Shown here: positions 19,132-28,313 of the stretch, piece after piece
Numbering within the stretch: the stretch's first letter is position 1
How the letters are laid out: each line of letters begins with the position of its first letter
Assembly: GCA_023262505.1 (NCBI GenBank)
Contig: JALRAP010000002.1
Span: forward strand, 415-64,414
Length of the DNA stretch: 64,000 nucleotides
Direction: 5' to 3'
From: Bacteroidia bacterium
GTDB lineage: Bacteria > Bacteroidota > Bacteroidia > AKYH767-A > OLB10
Made by a program: the position numbers and the translations under genes
The notes under the pieces: model-generated
Databases searched by the model: none
Seen by the model: only the letters and a program-made list of their open reading frames with translations
What the model was told of the DNA's origin: nothing

Positions 19132-19737
19132 CTAGAAGGAGGATAAATTATCAATAAAGTGAAGCAGGAGAGATGGCTTCAGCGCAATGGTGAACACAAC
19201 ACCGAACACGGCTCCCCAAAAATGTGCATCGTGATTGATGTGGTCATTTCCCCGCTTATCCATGTAATAACTATAGAGTAAATAAGCCACACCCAAAAAA
19301 ATTCCAGGAACTTTAATAATGGTATAAAGGTATATGGGCCTCAACGGGTCGAATAATATGGCGGTAAAAAGTATTGCTGCCACGGCTCCGGAGGCTCCAA
19401 GGGCGTTGTATCCAGCATTGTTGAGATGCTTTTTGTAGGATGGAGTAATGGATATTACGATTCCTCCAAGATAAAGTAGCATAAAATAGAAAGTCGCCTT
19501 TTCTTCAAAAACGGCTGCATAATACATCTCAACTACCTTACCGAAGCTGAAAAAAACCAACATGTTAACGCCCAAATGCAGCCAATCAGCATGAATGAAA
19601 CCGCAGGTAACAAACCGCCACCATTCCTTTCTTACAGAAATCATATACGGGTTGAATATCATTTTTGACATCACTTCCCGGTTATTTAATGCAATTATGG
19701 AAATGGCTACGGTTAAAACAAGTATATATAGTGTCAT
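19132..19737 (-). CDS. Rhomboid-family intramembrane serine protease
   Basis: 201 aa polytopic membrane protein. It has the GASGAVAAIL (GxSG) motif and a downstream His in a TM helix. It directly abuts the GmhB-like gene. Confidence 0.75.
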   Translation of the reverse strand: MTLYILVLTVAISIIALNNREVMSKMIFNPYMISVRKEWWRFVTCGFIHADWLHLGVNMLVFFSFGKVVEMYYAAVFEEKATFYFMLLYLGGIVISITPSYKKHLNNAGYNALGASGAVAAILFTAILFDPLRPIYLYTIIKVPGIFLGVAYLLYSYYMDKRGNDHINHDAHFWGAVFGVVFTIALKPSLLLHFIDNLSSF

Positions 19738-19778
19738 ATAATTCCAAAGTTAACATCTTAAAATGTGAATGACAAAAA

Positions 19779-19812
19779 GAAAGCCGTCGGATAACCCCGA
19801 CGGCTTTTCGTA
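19779..19812 (-). terminator. Putative rho-independent terminator downstream of the BNR/T9SS gene (minus strand)
   Basis: Perfect 8-bp inverted repeat GCCGTCGG-ataacc-CCGACGGC at about 19782..19806. On the minus strand it is followed by a T-rich run (plus-strand AAAAAGAAA). Confidence 0.5.
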
Positions 19813-19829
19813 TCGTTTATTGTATCAGA

Positions 19830-21608
19830 TCACATCTTCACTACCTTCTGAACCGCATTGATACTGTTTCCAGTAATACGAACAGAGTAGGCACCAGTGG
19901 ATAGGCTTTGAACATCTATCGTATGGGTGTTAGTGCCTGAATAAATTTTAAGGGATTCACGGTAAACCACTTTGCCGGAGATATCTAGAATCTCAACATT
20001 GGTTTTCTCAGATACGCTCGAAACGATATTCAATTGCAACATTTCTGCAGAGAAATAAGCATTCACATTAGCGTTAGAGCCGTTTTCGATGATGCCTGTA
20101 TTGCAATTGGGGTCGCCAGCTGCGTATAAGGTCACCATAACAGATGTACCAGTATAGGTACAACCAGGATCAAGGGTGAGGGCGGTTACGTTACCGGTTC
20201 CTGTAGCGTTTCCGTAAACTACTGGTGTGAAGTAATAAACACCAGCTTGGAAAATAGTACCATCATTGATCAACGTGGTGTTGATTGTTGCTGGGGCTGG
20301 ATAATTTACGCCAGATCCGCCTACAACACCTGGAGTTCCAAGTGGATTGGGGTTGCCTGAAATATCAACGGTGGAAACAAGGATACTGAATCCATAAGTG
20401 GTTCCTTGATTGGGTGGAACTGCGCCAGAGGTGGAGAAGAACAGCGTATCGCCAAAGCAAATTGTAAGATCAGGAGCAGATCCAACACCAGATTGAATAG
20501 CAGCATCTCCACAATTGATTTGAGCCAAAGTTTGGTATTTATAGATACCATCAGTGGAAGGGGATGTAGTAAATCCGCCAGTCCACATGGTATTTATATC
20601 ATGAATACCCAAGGCTGTCCTTTGAGTTCCGATTTCGATATCAGTCCAGTTCTGACCACCATCATCAGAATAAGAGGAACCTGTGGTGTAGGTAGTGTTA
20701 GCACCTGTTGAAACCAAACGGGAAGATGTCCCAGGAACATACTTGATATCATTACCCAGCATGTTTCCAACTGGAGTAAAGGCAGTCCATGTAGCACCAC
20801 CATCAATGGTTTTCCTAACTGTTTGGGCACCTGTAGTACCATTGAATAGTCGAGCCAAACCTGATGTTGAGTTCCAGAAAACCACATCGATTGCATTATT
20901 TGCAGGAACGGTTATTCCTGTTGTAGCAACGGTCCAATTCAAGCCGCGGTCGATGGAGCGGTATACACGACCTTTGTTTGTATCGAACCAAACGGTGTCG
21001 CCTTTTACATCGTAATGGTCAACGATTCCGTATTCGCCTGAAAGTGGGGCTGGAATGTTAGCACCAGGTACAGCAGTCCAAGTAGCACCACCATTTGAAG
21101 TTGTGTACAATTCGAACTCGCTTGCCACAGGATCGCCCATACAGAATCCGTTGTTGGCATCCCAAAAGTGAACTACGTTAGGAAATGAAACTCCAGCTGT
21201 GCTGAAGATTTGACCGGTACCTTGTTGGTTCCACGTAACACCGCCATCTGTGGTTTTCCAAATTCCACCGCCAGAGCCAGCAGTGGCATTGTACATAACC
21301 GCCCAAGCAACTTGATCATTTAATCCAAAAATCTGCGACCAAGCATATCCTGCGGGAGCCGGTACCACACCTGGAATCCAAGTGGCACCGCCGTCAATAG
21401 TTACCGAATAGTCGCGGATATTGAGGGCTGAACCCGATCCATCGTAAGAAGAAATCCAAACGACGTTTTGATCTACTACGCTGATGTTGAAAACACCTGT
21501 CGAAGTGTTTGGGAAACCTGTTGCTTGAGAGACCCAAGTTCCGCCCTGTGCCATGGCACTTGATATGCCAAGCAGTAAGCACAATGAGCTGAGTAATGTT
21601 CTTTTCAT
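19830..21608 (-). CDS. Secreted BNR/Asp-box repeat beta-propeller protein with T9SS C-terminal sorting domain
   Basis: 592 aa. Signal peptide MKRTLLSSLCLLLGISSAMAQ. Six or more Asp-box motifs: TIDGGATW, TTDGGVTW, TSNGGATW, SIDRGLNW, TIDGGATW, SDDGGQNW. The C-terminus EILDISGKVVYRESL...GAYSVRITGNSINAVQKVVKM is a type A T9SS sorting domain. Confidence 0.7.
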   Translation of the reverse strand: MKRTLLSSLCLLLGISSAMAQGGTWVSQATGFPNTSTGVFNISVVDQNVVWISSYDGSGSALNIRDYSVTIDGGATWIPGVVPAPAGYAWSQIFGLNDQVAWAVMYNATAGSGGGIWKTTDGGVTWNQQGTGQIFSTAGVSFPNVVHFWDANNGFCMGDPVASEFELYTTSNGGATWTAVPGANIPAPLSGEYGIVDHYDVKGDTVWFDTNKGRVYRSIDRGLNWTVATTGITVPANNAIDVVFWNSTSGLARLFNGTTGAQTVRKTIDGGATWTAFTPVGNMLGNDIKYVPGTSSRLVSTGANTTYTTGSSYSDDGGQNWTDIEIGTQRTALGIHDINTMWTGGFTTSPSTDGIYKYQTLAQINCGDAAIQSGVGSAPDLTICFGDTLFFSTSGAVPPNQGTTYGFSILVSTVDISGNPNPLGTPGVVGGSGVNYPAPATINTTLINDGTIFQAGVYYFTPVVYGNATGTGNVTALTLDPGCTYTGTSVMVTLYAAGDPNCNTGIIENGSNANVNAYFSAEMLQLNIVSSVSEKTNVEILDISGKVVYRESLKIYSGTNTHTIDVQSLSTGAYSVRITGNSINAVQKVVKM

Positions 21609-21820
21609 TTAATAGTTTGGTTTTAAGGTTTGTTTTCTCAAAAATAGGAGATATTCTTTATATTATTTGGCCTAATACACAGTATTATACAAATTGATAT
21701 TCAACAGCTTATGGATAATGAATGATGGGTAACAGTATTTAAACGTTTAATCTAATTCTGCCTTGGAATTATAAGACTATAATTGCTCCAAATTAAAATC
21801 GCTACCGTTTTTCTTCAGGT

Positions 21821-23902
21821 ATGCATCGTTTTTCAAAATACCCGCTACTAAAAGAGGCTCCATCATTCGTATTTGGTTGCTTGTTACCGACGTTCGATAG
21901 CTTTTCACTTGATTTTACATCACTGTTAATGATTTCGATTTTTTCGATGTTAAGCATTCTGCTTGGGGGAAAATCAATGAAATCAGTTTTGGGAATAATG
22001 ACCTGCTTCACTTTCATGGGTCTTGGTGCAGCAATTTCAACAGCCAAACAACCAAAATTGTCGGATCCGGAGCATTACCAAAAGATTTCAACCATTGATT
22101 CAAATGCTGTTTTAATTGGCTCGCCTGATGGTTCACCCAAGAAAACATCATATGGGATGATGATGTATTTCAATTTAAAATATATCAGATCCAAGGGGAT
22201 AATGAAATCAACCAGCGGCAAAATTTTAGTGCATGTTAAAACAGATACAATTCATGATGGCCCTCAGGAAGGAGGTCTTTATGCTTTAAGAATACAACTG
22301 AGGAGGCCAAGTCCGGCCTCAATCCCAGGCGGATTTGATTGGGAAAAGCATTTGAAGAAAAAAGGAGTTTACCACGAAGGTTGGGTAATTCAATCAGACA
22401 TCATGGAGTTAAAAAGGCCTAATGGCATTTCCGCATTTTCAAACCAATGCAAAGAATACGTTGAAGACTTGCTATACAAAAGGCTCAATAATAGAGCTGA
22501 TTTAGGTGTGGCATCCGCATTACTTATGGGCAACGAAAACTGGCTTGATAATGAAACAGAGGACAAGTTTGCAGCGGCTGGAGTTCTACATGTATTGTGC
22601 GTATCAGGAATGCACTTGGTTTTATTATATGGCATATTGATTAAATTATTCAAACCGCTTTTAAGAAAAAAGCCCTTGGTGAGTCACGTTGTATTTCCTT
22701 TTTTAATCTGTTCTATATGGTTCTATTCTTTACTTACTGGGATGAGTCCATCTATTACCAGAGCAGCTACCATGACCACATTTGTTATTTTTTCGGAATG
22801 GATGGAAAGGAGAGTCGATAAGACCAACATGATGTGTGCTTCGTTGATATTATTGTCGTGCTTGGACCCGTTAATGTTGCTAAGCGAAGGGTTTCAATTA
22901 TCATTTTTAGCCGTTTGCGGTATCTTTTACCTACATCCAGTGATTCTTACAGCATTTGAGCCGGGGAACAGAATTAAAAGGCAGTTATGGGAGATGACAT
23001 CCGTAACACTCTCTGCTCAGTTAGCGACCTTTCCCTTAAGCCTTTACTTATTCGGTCAATTCCCAAATTGGTTTTTACTGGCGAATATGATCATAGTGCC
23101 AGTATCATCTATCGTGATGTACGCTGGAATGCTAATGATTATGTTAGGGAATATTCCATGGATAGGGGAGTGGATAGGGTTAGCAACAGCCTTATCAATT
23201 GAATTTTTACGATATCTGGTTGATTTATTTTCAGCACTACCTTTTGCTGTAACTGAGAACATTTATTATCCGGTTTTAATGGTTTCTTCCACTTATATAC
23301 TGGTAATAATGTTATTCTATTTTTTCAAAAGCAATTCTTACGAAAGCTTAGTAGGATGCTTGTTAGCCATTATCTCATGTTTAGCGTCAATCTATTTTGT
23401 CAATGAGGATTTTGTAGATGAAGAATCTTGTTGGATAATCAAATCCAAAGCCGGTCCTGTATTCATCAAACAACAAGGATTCAAGGCGGAGATCATAGCT
23501 TTTCAAGGGGCAAAAGAAACGGAATTGCAGCGGATTGAAAACACAATGGCAACGAAGCGAAATGTTAAATCATTCAAAAAAACAATCATCAATCCAAAAA
23601 CGAACTTCAACCTAATACAATTCCATACAACCTTTATCAATCGATTTCCAAAAAAGTGGAATCATTGTTCGGAAAATCTGAAAAATCTAGACAAAACCCA
23701 GACTCTTTTACTGGTTAAGAGGCCTTATGAAGATTTTTGGGATGATATGGAAAAAACATTGCCTGATCTAAAAAAGTTGATTTATGTTAAAAGGGTTGAT
23801 ATCTCTGAAAAAAGCCTTGCCAAAGCTGAATCTCTTGGAATTCAAATTTTAAATCTTGATGAACTCGGTTACATCCGGCTTGAATCAAAGGTGATCCAAT
23901 GA
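21821..23902 (+). CDS. comEC: ComEC/Rec2-family DNA internalisation channel protein (no recognisable C-terminal MBL domain)
   Basis: 693 aa. The polytopic membrane core has the conserved competence-domain motif AAAGVLHVLCVSGMHLVLLYG. The C-terminal roughly 200 aa lack an HxHxDH metallo-beta-lactamase signature. The start codon is uncertain: 21821 is the first ATG in frame. Confidence 0.65.
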   Translation: MHRFSKYPLLKEAPSFVFGCLLPTFDSFSLDFTSLLMISIFSMLSILLGGKSMKSVLGIMTCFTFMGLGAAISTAKQPKLSDPEHYQKISTIDSNAVLIGSPDGSPKKTSYGMMMYFNLKYIRSKGIMKSTSGKILVHVKTDTIHDGPQEGGLYALRIQLRRPSPASIPGGFDWEKHLKKKGVYHEGWVIQSDIMELKRPNGISAFSNQCKEYVEDLLYKRLNNRADLGVASALLMGNENWLDNETEDKFAAAGVLHVLCVSGMHLVLLYGILIKLFKPLLRKKPLVSHVVFPFLICSIWFYSLLTGMSPSITRAATMTTFVIFSEWMERRVDKTNMMCASLILLSCLDPLMLLSEGFQLSFLAVCGIFYLHPVILTAFEPGNRIKRQLWEMTSVTLSAQLATFPLSLYLFGQFPNWFLLANMIIVPVSSIVMYAGMLMIMLGNIPWIGEWIGLATALSIEFLRYLVDLFSALPFAVTENIYYPVLMVSSTYILVIMLFYFFKSNSYESLVGCLLAIISCLASIYFVNEDFVDEESCWIIKSKAGPVFIKQQGFKAEIIAFQGAKETELQRIENTMATKRNVKSFKKTIINPKTNFNLIQFHTTFINRFPKKWNHCSENLKNLDKTQTLLLVKRPYEDFWDDMEKTLPDLKKLIYVKRVDISEKSLAKAESLGIQILNLDELGYIRLESKVIQ

Positions 23903-24724
23903 TAAAGTCTGATTAAGCCTGATACCTTTTTCAGTTAGATGGACGGTACAGCACGTGTTTAAAGGATCATGCTCCAAAAACAATACAAAGTCCTCTTTAG
24001 CCGCCTGTTCCATGAATGAGGCTTTTTCATCCAATGTTATCAACGGTCGAGTGTCATATGCCATCACATAGGGTACAGGTATATGGCCAACGGTAGGTAG
24101 TAAATCAGCCATATAAACCAAAGTGCGACCTTTATATTGGATATGAGGAATCATCATCCCATCTGTGTGGCCATTAAAATACTTGATGTGAAATCCCGGA
24201 AAAAGCTCAGCGTCATCTGTTGTGAATTTCAACTGACCACTTTCCTGTATGGGAAGAATGTTCTCTTTTAAAAAGGATGCCTTTTCCCTCGCATTAGGCT
24301 TGGTGGCCCAAAGCCAGTGAGTTTCATTGCTCCAATAAGTAGCATTTTTGAACGCCGGTTCATATCCGTTTCCATCCCTTTGCCGCTTGATACTACCACC
24401 ACAATGGTCGAAATGAAGATGTGACAAAAACACATCTGTAATATCATCCATTCCAAAACCTGCATGTTTAAGTGATTTTTCCAAGCTATCCTCACCATGC
24501 AAGTAATAATGACCGAAAAACTTCGCTTCTTGCTTGTCTCCGATTCCATTGTCGATTAGAACCAAGCGGTCACCGTATTCAACCAACAGACATCTCATAG
24601 CCATGTCAATCATATTATTCGAATCAGAGGGATTTGTTTTGTTCCAAATGGATTTGGGTACCACTCCAAACATGGCACCTCCGTCAAGTTTAAAATAACC
24701 AGCGTTTATTGAGTGTAGTTTCAT
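23885..24724 (-). CDS. MBL-fold metallo-hydrolase (lactonase/YtnP-like)
   Basis: 279 aa. The canonical HxHxDH motif is present in LSHLHFDHCGG, with downstream His/Asp residues (HTDGMM, MADLLP..GH). It overlaps the comEC 3' end tail-to-tail by 18 bp. Confidence 0.75.
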   Translation of the reverse strand: MKLHSINAGYFKLDGGAMFGVVPKSIWNKTNPSDSNNMIDMAMRCLLVEYGDRLVLIDNGIGDKQEAKFFGHYYLHGEDSLEKSLKHAGFGMDDITDVFLSHLHFDHCGGSIKRQRDGNGYEPAFKNATYWSNETHWLWATKPNAREKASFLKENILPIQESGQLKFTTDDAELFPGFHIKYFNGHTDGMMIPHIQYKGRTLVYMADLLPTVGHIPVPYVMAYDTRPLITLDEKASFMEQAAKEDFVLFLEHDPLNTCCTVHLTEKGIRLNQTLSLDHL

Positions 24725-24868
24725 GAAACCTTATGAGTTAAATTCGCTTGAATTCGATAGCAATTGCAATATTAACCATATCCTGTTGATTATTGAAGGT
24801 CGTTTATTGTACTTAACAGGTAATGTTGGCTAGATTTACATCTGACAAACCTATTAATAATTCCCAAG

Positions 24869-26215
24869 ATGCACATCCATTTCATTGCCATTGGAGGCGC
24901 AGCCATGCATAATCTGGCTTTGGCCTTACATGAGAATGGTAACCAAGTTACAGGTTCGGATGATGAAATCAAGGAACCATCCTATTCTCGACTAAATTCG
25001 GCAGGCTTGCTGCCTGAAACCATTGGATGGGACCCATCAAAATTGGAGTCCAAACCTGACGTTGTGATCCTAGGAATGCACGCCCGAGCTGACAACCCTG
25101 AACTTGTTAAGGCGATGGAATTGGGACTAAACGTGATGTCTTTTCCGGAGTTTTTGTACCAACATTCCAAGAATAAATTAAGGGTTGTGATAGGTGGATC
25201 ACATGGAAAAACAACCATTACTTCGATGGTGATGCATGTGCTTCGCGAAGCGGGTAAGGAATTCGACTACATGGTAGGATCCACCATACAGGGCTTCAAT
25301 ACCATGGTTAAATTAACAGACACCGCTCCTGTAATAGTTTTGGAAGGAGATGAATACCTATCGTCACCTATCGACCGCAGACCAAAATTCCATCTCTACA
25401 AAGCGGATATCGGTCTTATTTCCGGAATCGCCTGGGATCACATCAATGTTTTTCCAACTTTTGAAAATTATGTTGACCAATTCAAGATTTTTGCAAGTGA
25501 AATTCCAAAAACAGGTTCGCTTATTTGTTTTGAAGGCGATGAGCAACTAGCGGAAATAGCCACTGAAAACGAATCTCACAAGAAGGTTCTTAAATACGGC
25601 GTACCGAAATTCAACATACTAGAGGGATTAACAACAATCGATTTTGAAGGAAAGTCCTTTCCAGTATCCGTTTTTGGCAGACATAACCTAGCCAACTTAG
25701 AGGGAGCTCGTGCGGTATGTGAATTGCTTGGAGTGCAGACCAGTGATTTTTACCGTTTCGCATGTACTTTCAAAGGGGCAGGAAGAAGGATGGAACTTGT
25801 AAAGGCTGATGCTTATAGGGCTATTTACCGTGACTTTGCGCATTCTCCTTCCAAATTAAGTGCAACCATTGCAGCAGTTAAAGAGCAATTCCCGAACAAA
25901 AAGCTGATTGCTTGTTTTGAATTGCACACGTTTAGCAGTTTGAATGATTCATTTCTTGACCAATATGTATCCACGATGGATTCTGCGGATGTTCCAATTG
26001 TATATTTCAATCCTGAAGTGATTGCGCATAAGAAGCTCAAGCCAATAAGCATTGATCAAGTGAAATCCGCCTTTGCTTGCATTAGATTGGATGTGCATAC
26101 GCATCCATCAACATTAACTGAAAAAATATCTAGTGAATTTTTAAATGATTCCGTGCTATTGATGATGAGCTCTGGCAGTTTTGACGGTGTTAACATCGCC
26201 GACCTTTGGAAATGA
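24869..26215 (+). CDS. mpl: Mur ligase family protein, Mpl-like (UDP-N-acetylmuramate:L-Ala-gamma-D-Glu-meso-DAP ligase / MurC paralog)
   Basis: 448 aa. The N-terminus MHIHFIAIGGAAMHNLAL parallels E. coli Mpl (MRIHILGICGTFMGGLA). The Mur-ligase P-loop GGSHGKTTITSM is present. Length fits Mpl (about 457 aa) rather than MurC. Confidence 0.65.
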   Translation: MHIHFIAIGGAAMHNLALALHENGNQVTGSDDEIKEPSYSRLNSAGLLPETIGWDPSKLESKPDVVILGMHARADNPELVKAMELGLNVMSFPEFLYQHSKNKLRVVIGGSHGKTTITSMVMHVLREAGKEFDYMVGSTIQGFNTMVKLTDTAPVIVLEGDEYLSSPIDRRPKFHLYKADIGLISGIAWDHINVFPTFENYVDQFKIFASEIPKTGSLICFEGDEQLAEIATENESHKKVLKYGVPKFNILEGLTTIDFEGKSFPVSVFGRHNLANLEGARAVCELLGVQTSDFYRFACTFKGAGRRMELVKADAYRAIYRDFAHSPSKLSATIAAVKEQFPNKKLIACFELHTFSSLNDSFLDQYVSTMDSADVPIVYFNPEVIAHKKLKPISIDQVKSAFACIRLDVHTHPSTLTEKISSEFLNDSVLLMMSSGSFDGVNIADLWK

Positions 26216-26246
26216 TTTATTAGATTGCAATAAAATCCATCCGACC

Positions 26247-28313
26247 ATGAAACATAAATACCTGCTTTCCACGGTACTTATTTTCCTATCAAGTTTTCTA
26301 ATCCCATCAAAAACGATAGCCCAAGGTTTGATTATCAGCGCATTGGGCCCAACGGACATCTGCTTCGGATCCGTAACTCTTCAGGTAAATAACCCGATTT
26401 CGGGTTATCAATACAATTGGTATGTGGGTTCTTATCATTGTGATGGAGCCACAAGTGTGGGACCGAGTAATCCCTATGCAATGGGCTCAACTATTCAAGC
26501 TTATGCTTCAGGTGAATTTTATTGTTATGGTGTTCCACCGGGTGGAGGTTTATGGGAACTTTCAAATTTCATTTTGGTTAGGGCACTTCCAGGAAGCGTA
26601 GGATCCATTCGTATGCCTAGACCGTATGATACAAGTCCTGTAAGCTGCATGAACACCGTACCCCTTTGCATACCGACAGCATTTTGGCAGAACTTTCCTT
26701 CTACTATAAAATGGTATAGGAATAATGTGTTAATAGCGGGAGCATCCCTACCAAATTATTCAGCCAATCAATCCGGATGGTATAAGTATTCTATTACGTC
26801 TCCCTGTATGACTGACTTCAGCGACAGTGTCCAGGTTTTGATTCCAAGCACCCTTTCAACCTTTAGCTCCTCTAGCCCGTCACCGGTTTGCAATTTTACG
26901 CCAATTACATTCACTGTCAATAGTCCAGTCTCAGGAGCAACTTATACATGGCAGGTGAGCCAGGCAGGTGGCACCTATTTAAATTCAGGATCTGGTACAA
27001 CATTTAACTACAATGTTCCTAGTACTACATATTTTAACATACGTTTAGTGCAAACAGACAATGGATGTACAAGAACAACAGCCTCACAATATTTTCAAGT
27101 TACCACACTTGTTGCGTCAGTAACTCCATCTGGCACTGTTGCATTATGCTCTGGATCCAGAACGCTCACAGCCATTTCAAATGCAACCAGCTTTCAATGG
27201 ACCAAAGATGGTATTGACATCCCCGGTGCTAACCAGTCATCTTTTGTAGTACAGGCCCCCAATACTGGAGTTTATGGAGTTAAGGCATTGGGCAATTGTA
27301 ACGGAGTTGTACAATCCAATCAGGTTAATGTTACCGTTGGAAGTTATAACCCCGTGGTAACGCCCAACGGTCCCACATCATTCTGTACCGGCGGATCAGT
27401 TGTTTTGTCGACAACATCATCCACTAACTACACTTACAAATGGTTGAAAAACTCCACATTGATTTCCGGGGCTACCAGCAATTCATTATCCGTAACCAGC
27501 TCAGGAGATTATTCAGTTGAAGTTTATGAAACATCCAGCGGATGCACCAATACTTCTTTACCGGTAACAGTTTTAGTCAATCCTTTGCCGACAGCCACCA
27601 TAACTGCCAACGGATCAACAACATTTTGCGCAGGAGGCAATGTTGGTCTTTTTTCCAATACAGGATCAGGGCTTTCATATCAATGGAAAAAAAATGGTAT
27701 CAATATAAGTGGAGCTACTACCTCGACATATACTGCGACTTCAACAAGCAGTTATAAATGCCTGGTAACAAACTCCAATGGATGCTCGAGGGCATCCAAC
27801 TCTATATCGGTTACGGTAAATCCCCTTCCAACTGCTATTGTTTCGGCCATGGGCAATACCCAGATTTGTGCGGGCGACAGCGTTGGATTGTCAGCGAATG
27901 TTTCACCAGGACTAACATATCAATGGAAGAAGTATGCCAATGCTATTTCAGGAGCAGTTCAGTCTGTCTATTATGCTTCAACCACCGGAAATTACAAATG
28001 TGTACTAACCAATCAATATGGTTGCTCCCGTACATCAAACATAATAGGAGTAGGAGTTATTTGTAGAAATATGGAAACAAATATTGAACCGGATTTCGAC
28101 TATCATAACAGCGTATTGACAATTCAAGGTATCGATGGTTTGATTTCACAGCTTTCCATACACGACCTCGCTGGTAAGCTACTATTTGAAGAAAATAACA
28201 TTTCTGCAGGCCAAGAGATAATGCTACCTAATTTTAATGAAGGCATGTACTTGTTAAGGATACAGGTAGGAAGCAAGGTAATTACGAAAAAGCAAATATT
28301 TACCGGGATTTGA
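26247..28313 (+). CDS. Secreted protein with tandem Cys-containing Ig-like repeats and T9SS C-terminal sorting domain
   Basis: Start at the ATG at 26247 (MKHKYLLSTVLIFLSSFLIPSKTIAQ signal peptide); the track start at 26181 overlaps mpl. It carries four or more tandem repeats of roughly 78 aa with conserved C.GGSV.L ... YQWKK ... Y.C.VTN..GCSR.SN. The last two repeats are nearly identical. The C-terminus VLTIQGIDGLISQLSIHDLAGKLLFEE...GMYLLRIQVGSKVITKKQIF is a T9SS sorting domain. Confidence 0.7.
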   Translation: MKHKYLLSTVLIFLSSFLIPSKTIAQGLIISALGPTDICFGSVTLQVNNPISGYQYNWYVGSYHCDGATSVGPSNPYAMGSTIQAYASGEFYCYGVPPGGGLWELSNFILVRALPGSVGSIRMPRPYDTSPVSCMNTVPLCIPTAFWQNFPSTIKWYRNNVLIAGASLPNYSANQSGWYKYSITSPCMTDFSDSVQVLIPSTLSTFSSSSPSPVCNFTPITFTVNSPVSGATYTWQVSQAGGTYLNSGSGTTFNYNVPSTTYFNIRLVQTDNGCTRTTASQYFQVTTLVASVTPSGTVALCSGSRTLTAISNATSFQWTKDGIDIPGANQSSFVVQAPNTGVYGVKALGNCNGVVQSNQVNVTVGSYNPVVTPNGPTSFCTGGSVVLSTTSSTNYTYKWLKNSTLISGATSNSLSVTSSGDYSVEVYETSSGCTNTSLPVTVLVNPLPTATITANGSTTFCAGGNVGLFSNTGSGLSYQWKKNGINISGATTSTYTATSTSSYKCLVTNSNGCSRASNSISVTVNPLPTAIVSAMGNTQICAGDSVGLSANVSPGLTYQWKKYANAISGAVQSVYYASTTGNYKCVLTNQYGCSRTSNIIGVGVICRNMETNIEPDFDYHNSVLTIQGIDGLISQLSIHDLAGKLLFEENNISAGQEIMLPNFNEGMYLLRIQVGSKVITKKQIFTGI

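Noticed and set aside
21802-22047. 81-aa minus-strand ORF overlapping the comEC 5' region
   Set aside because: It is antisense to the ComEC N-terminal TM region and runs into the divergent promoter region. No supporting features.
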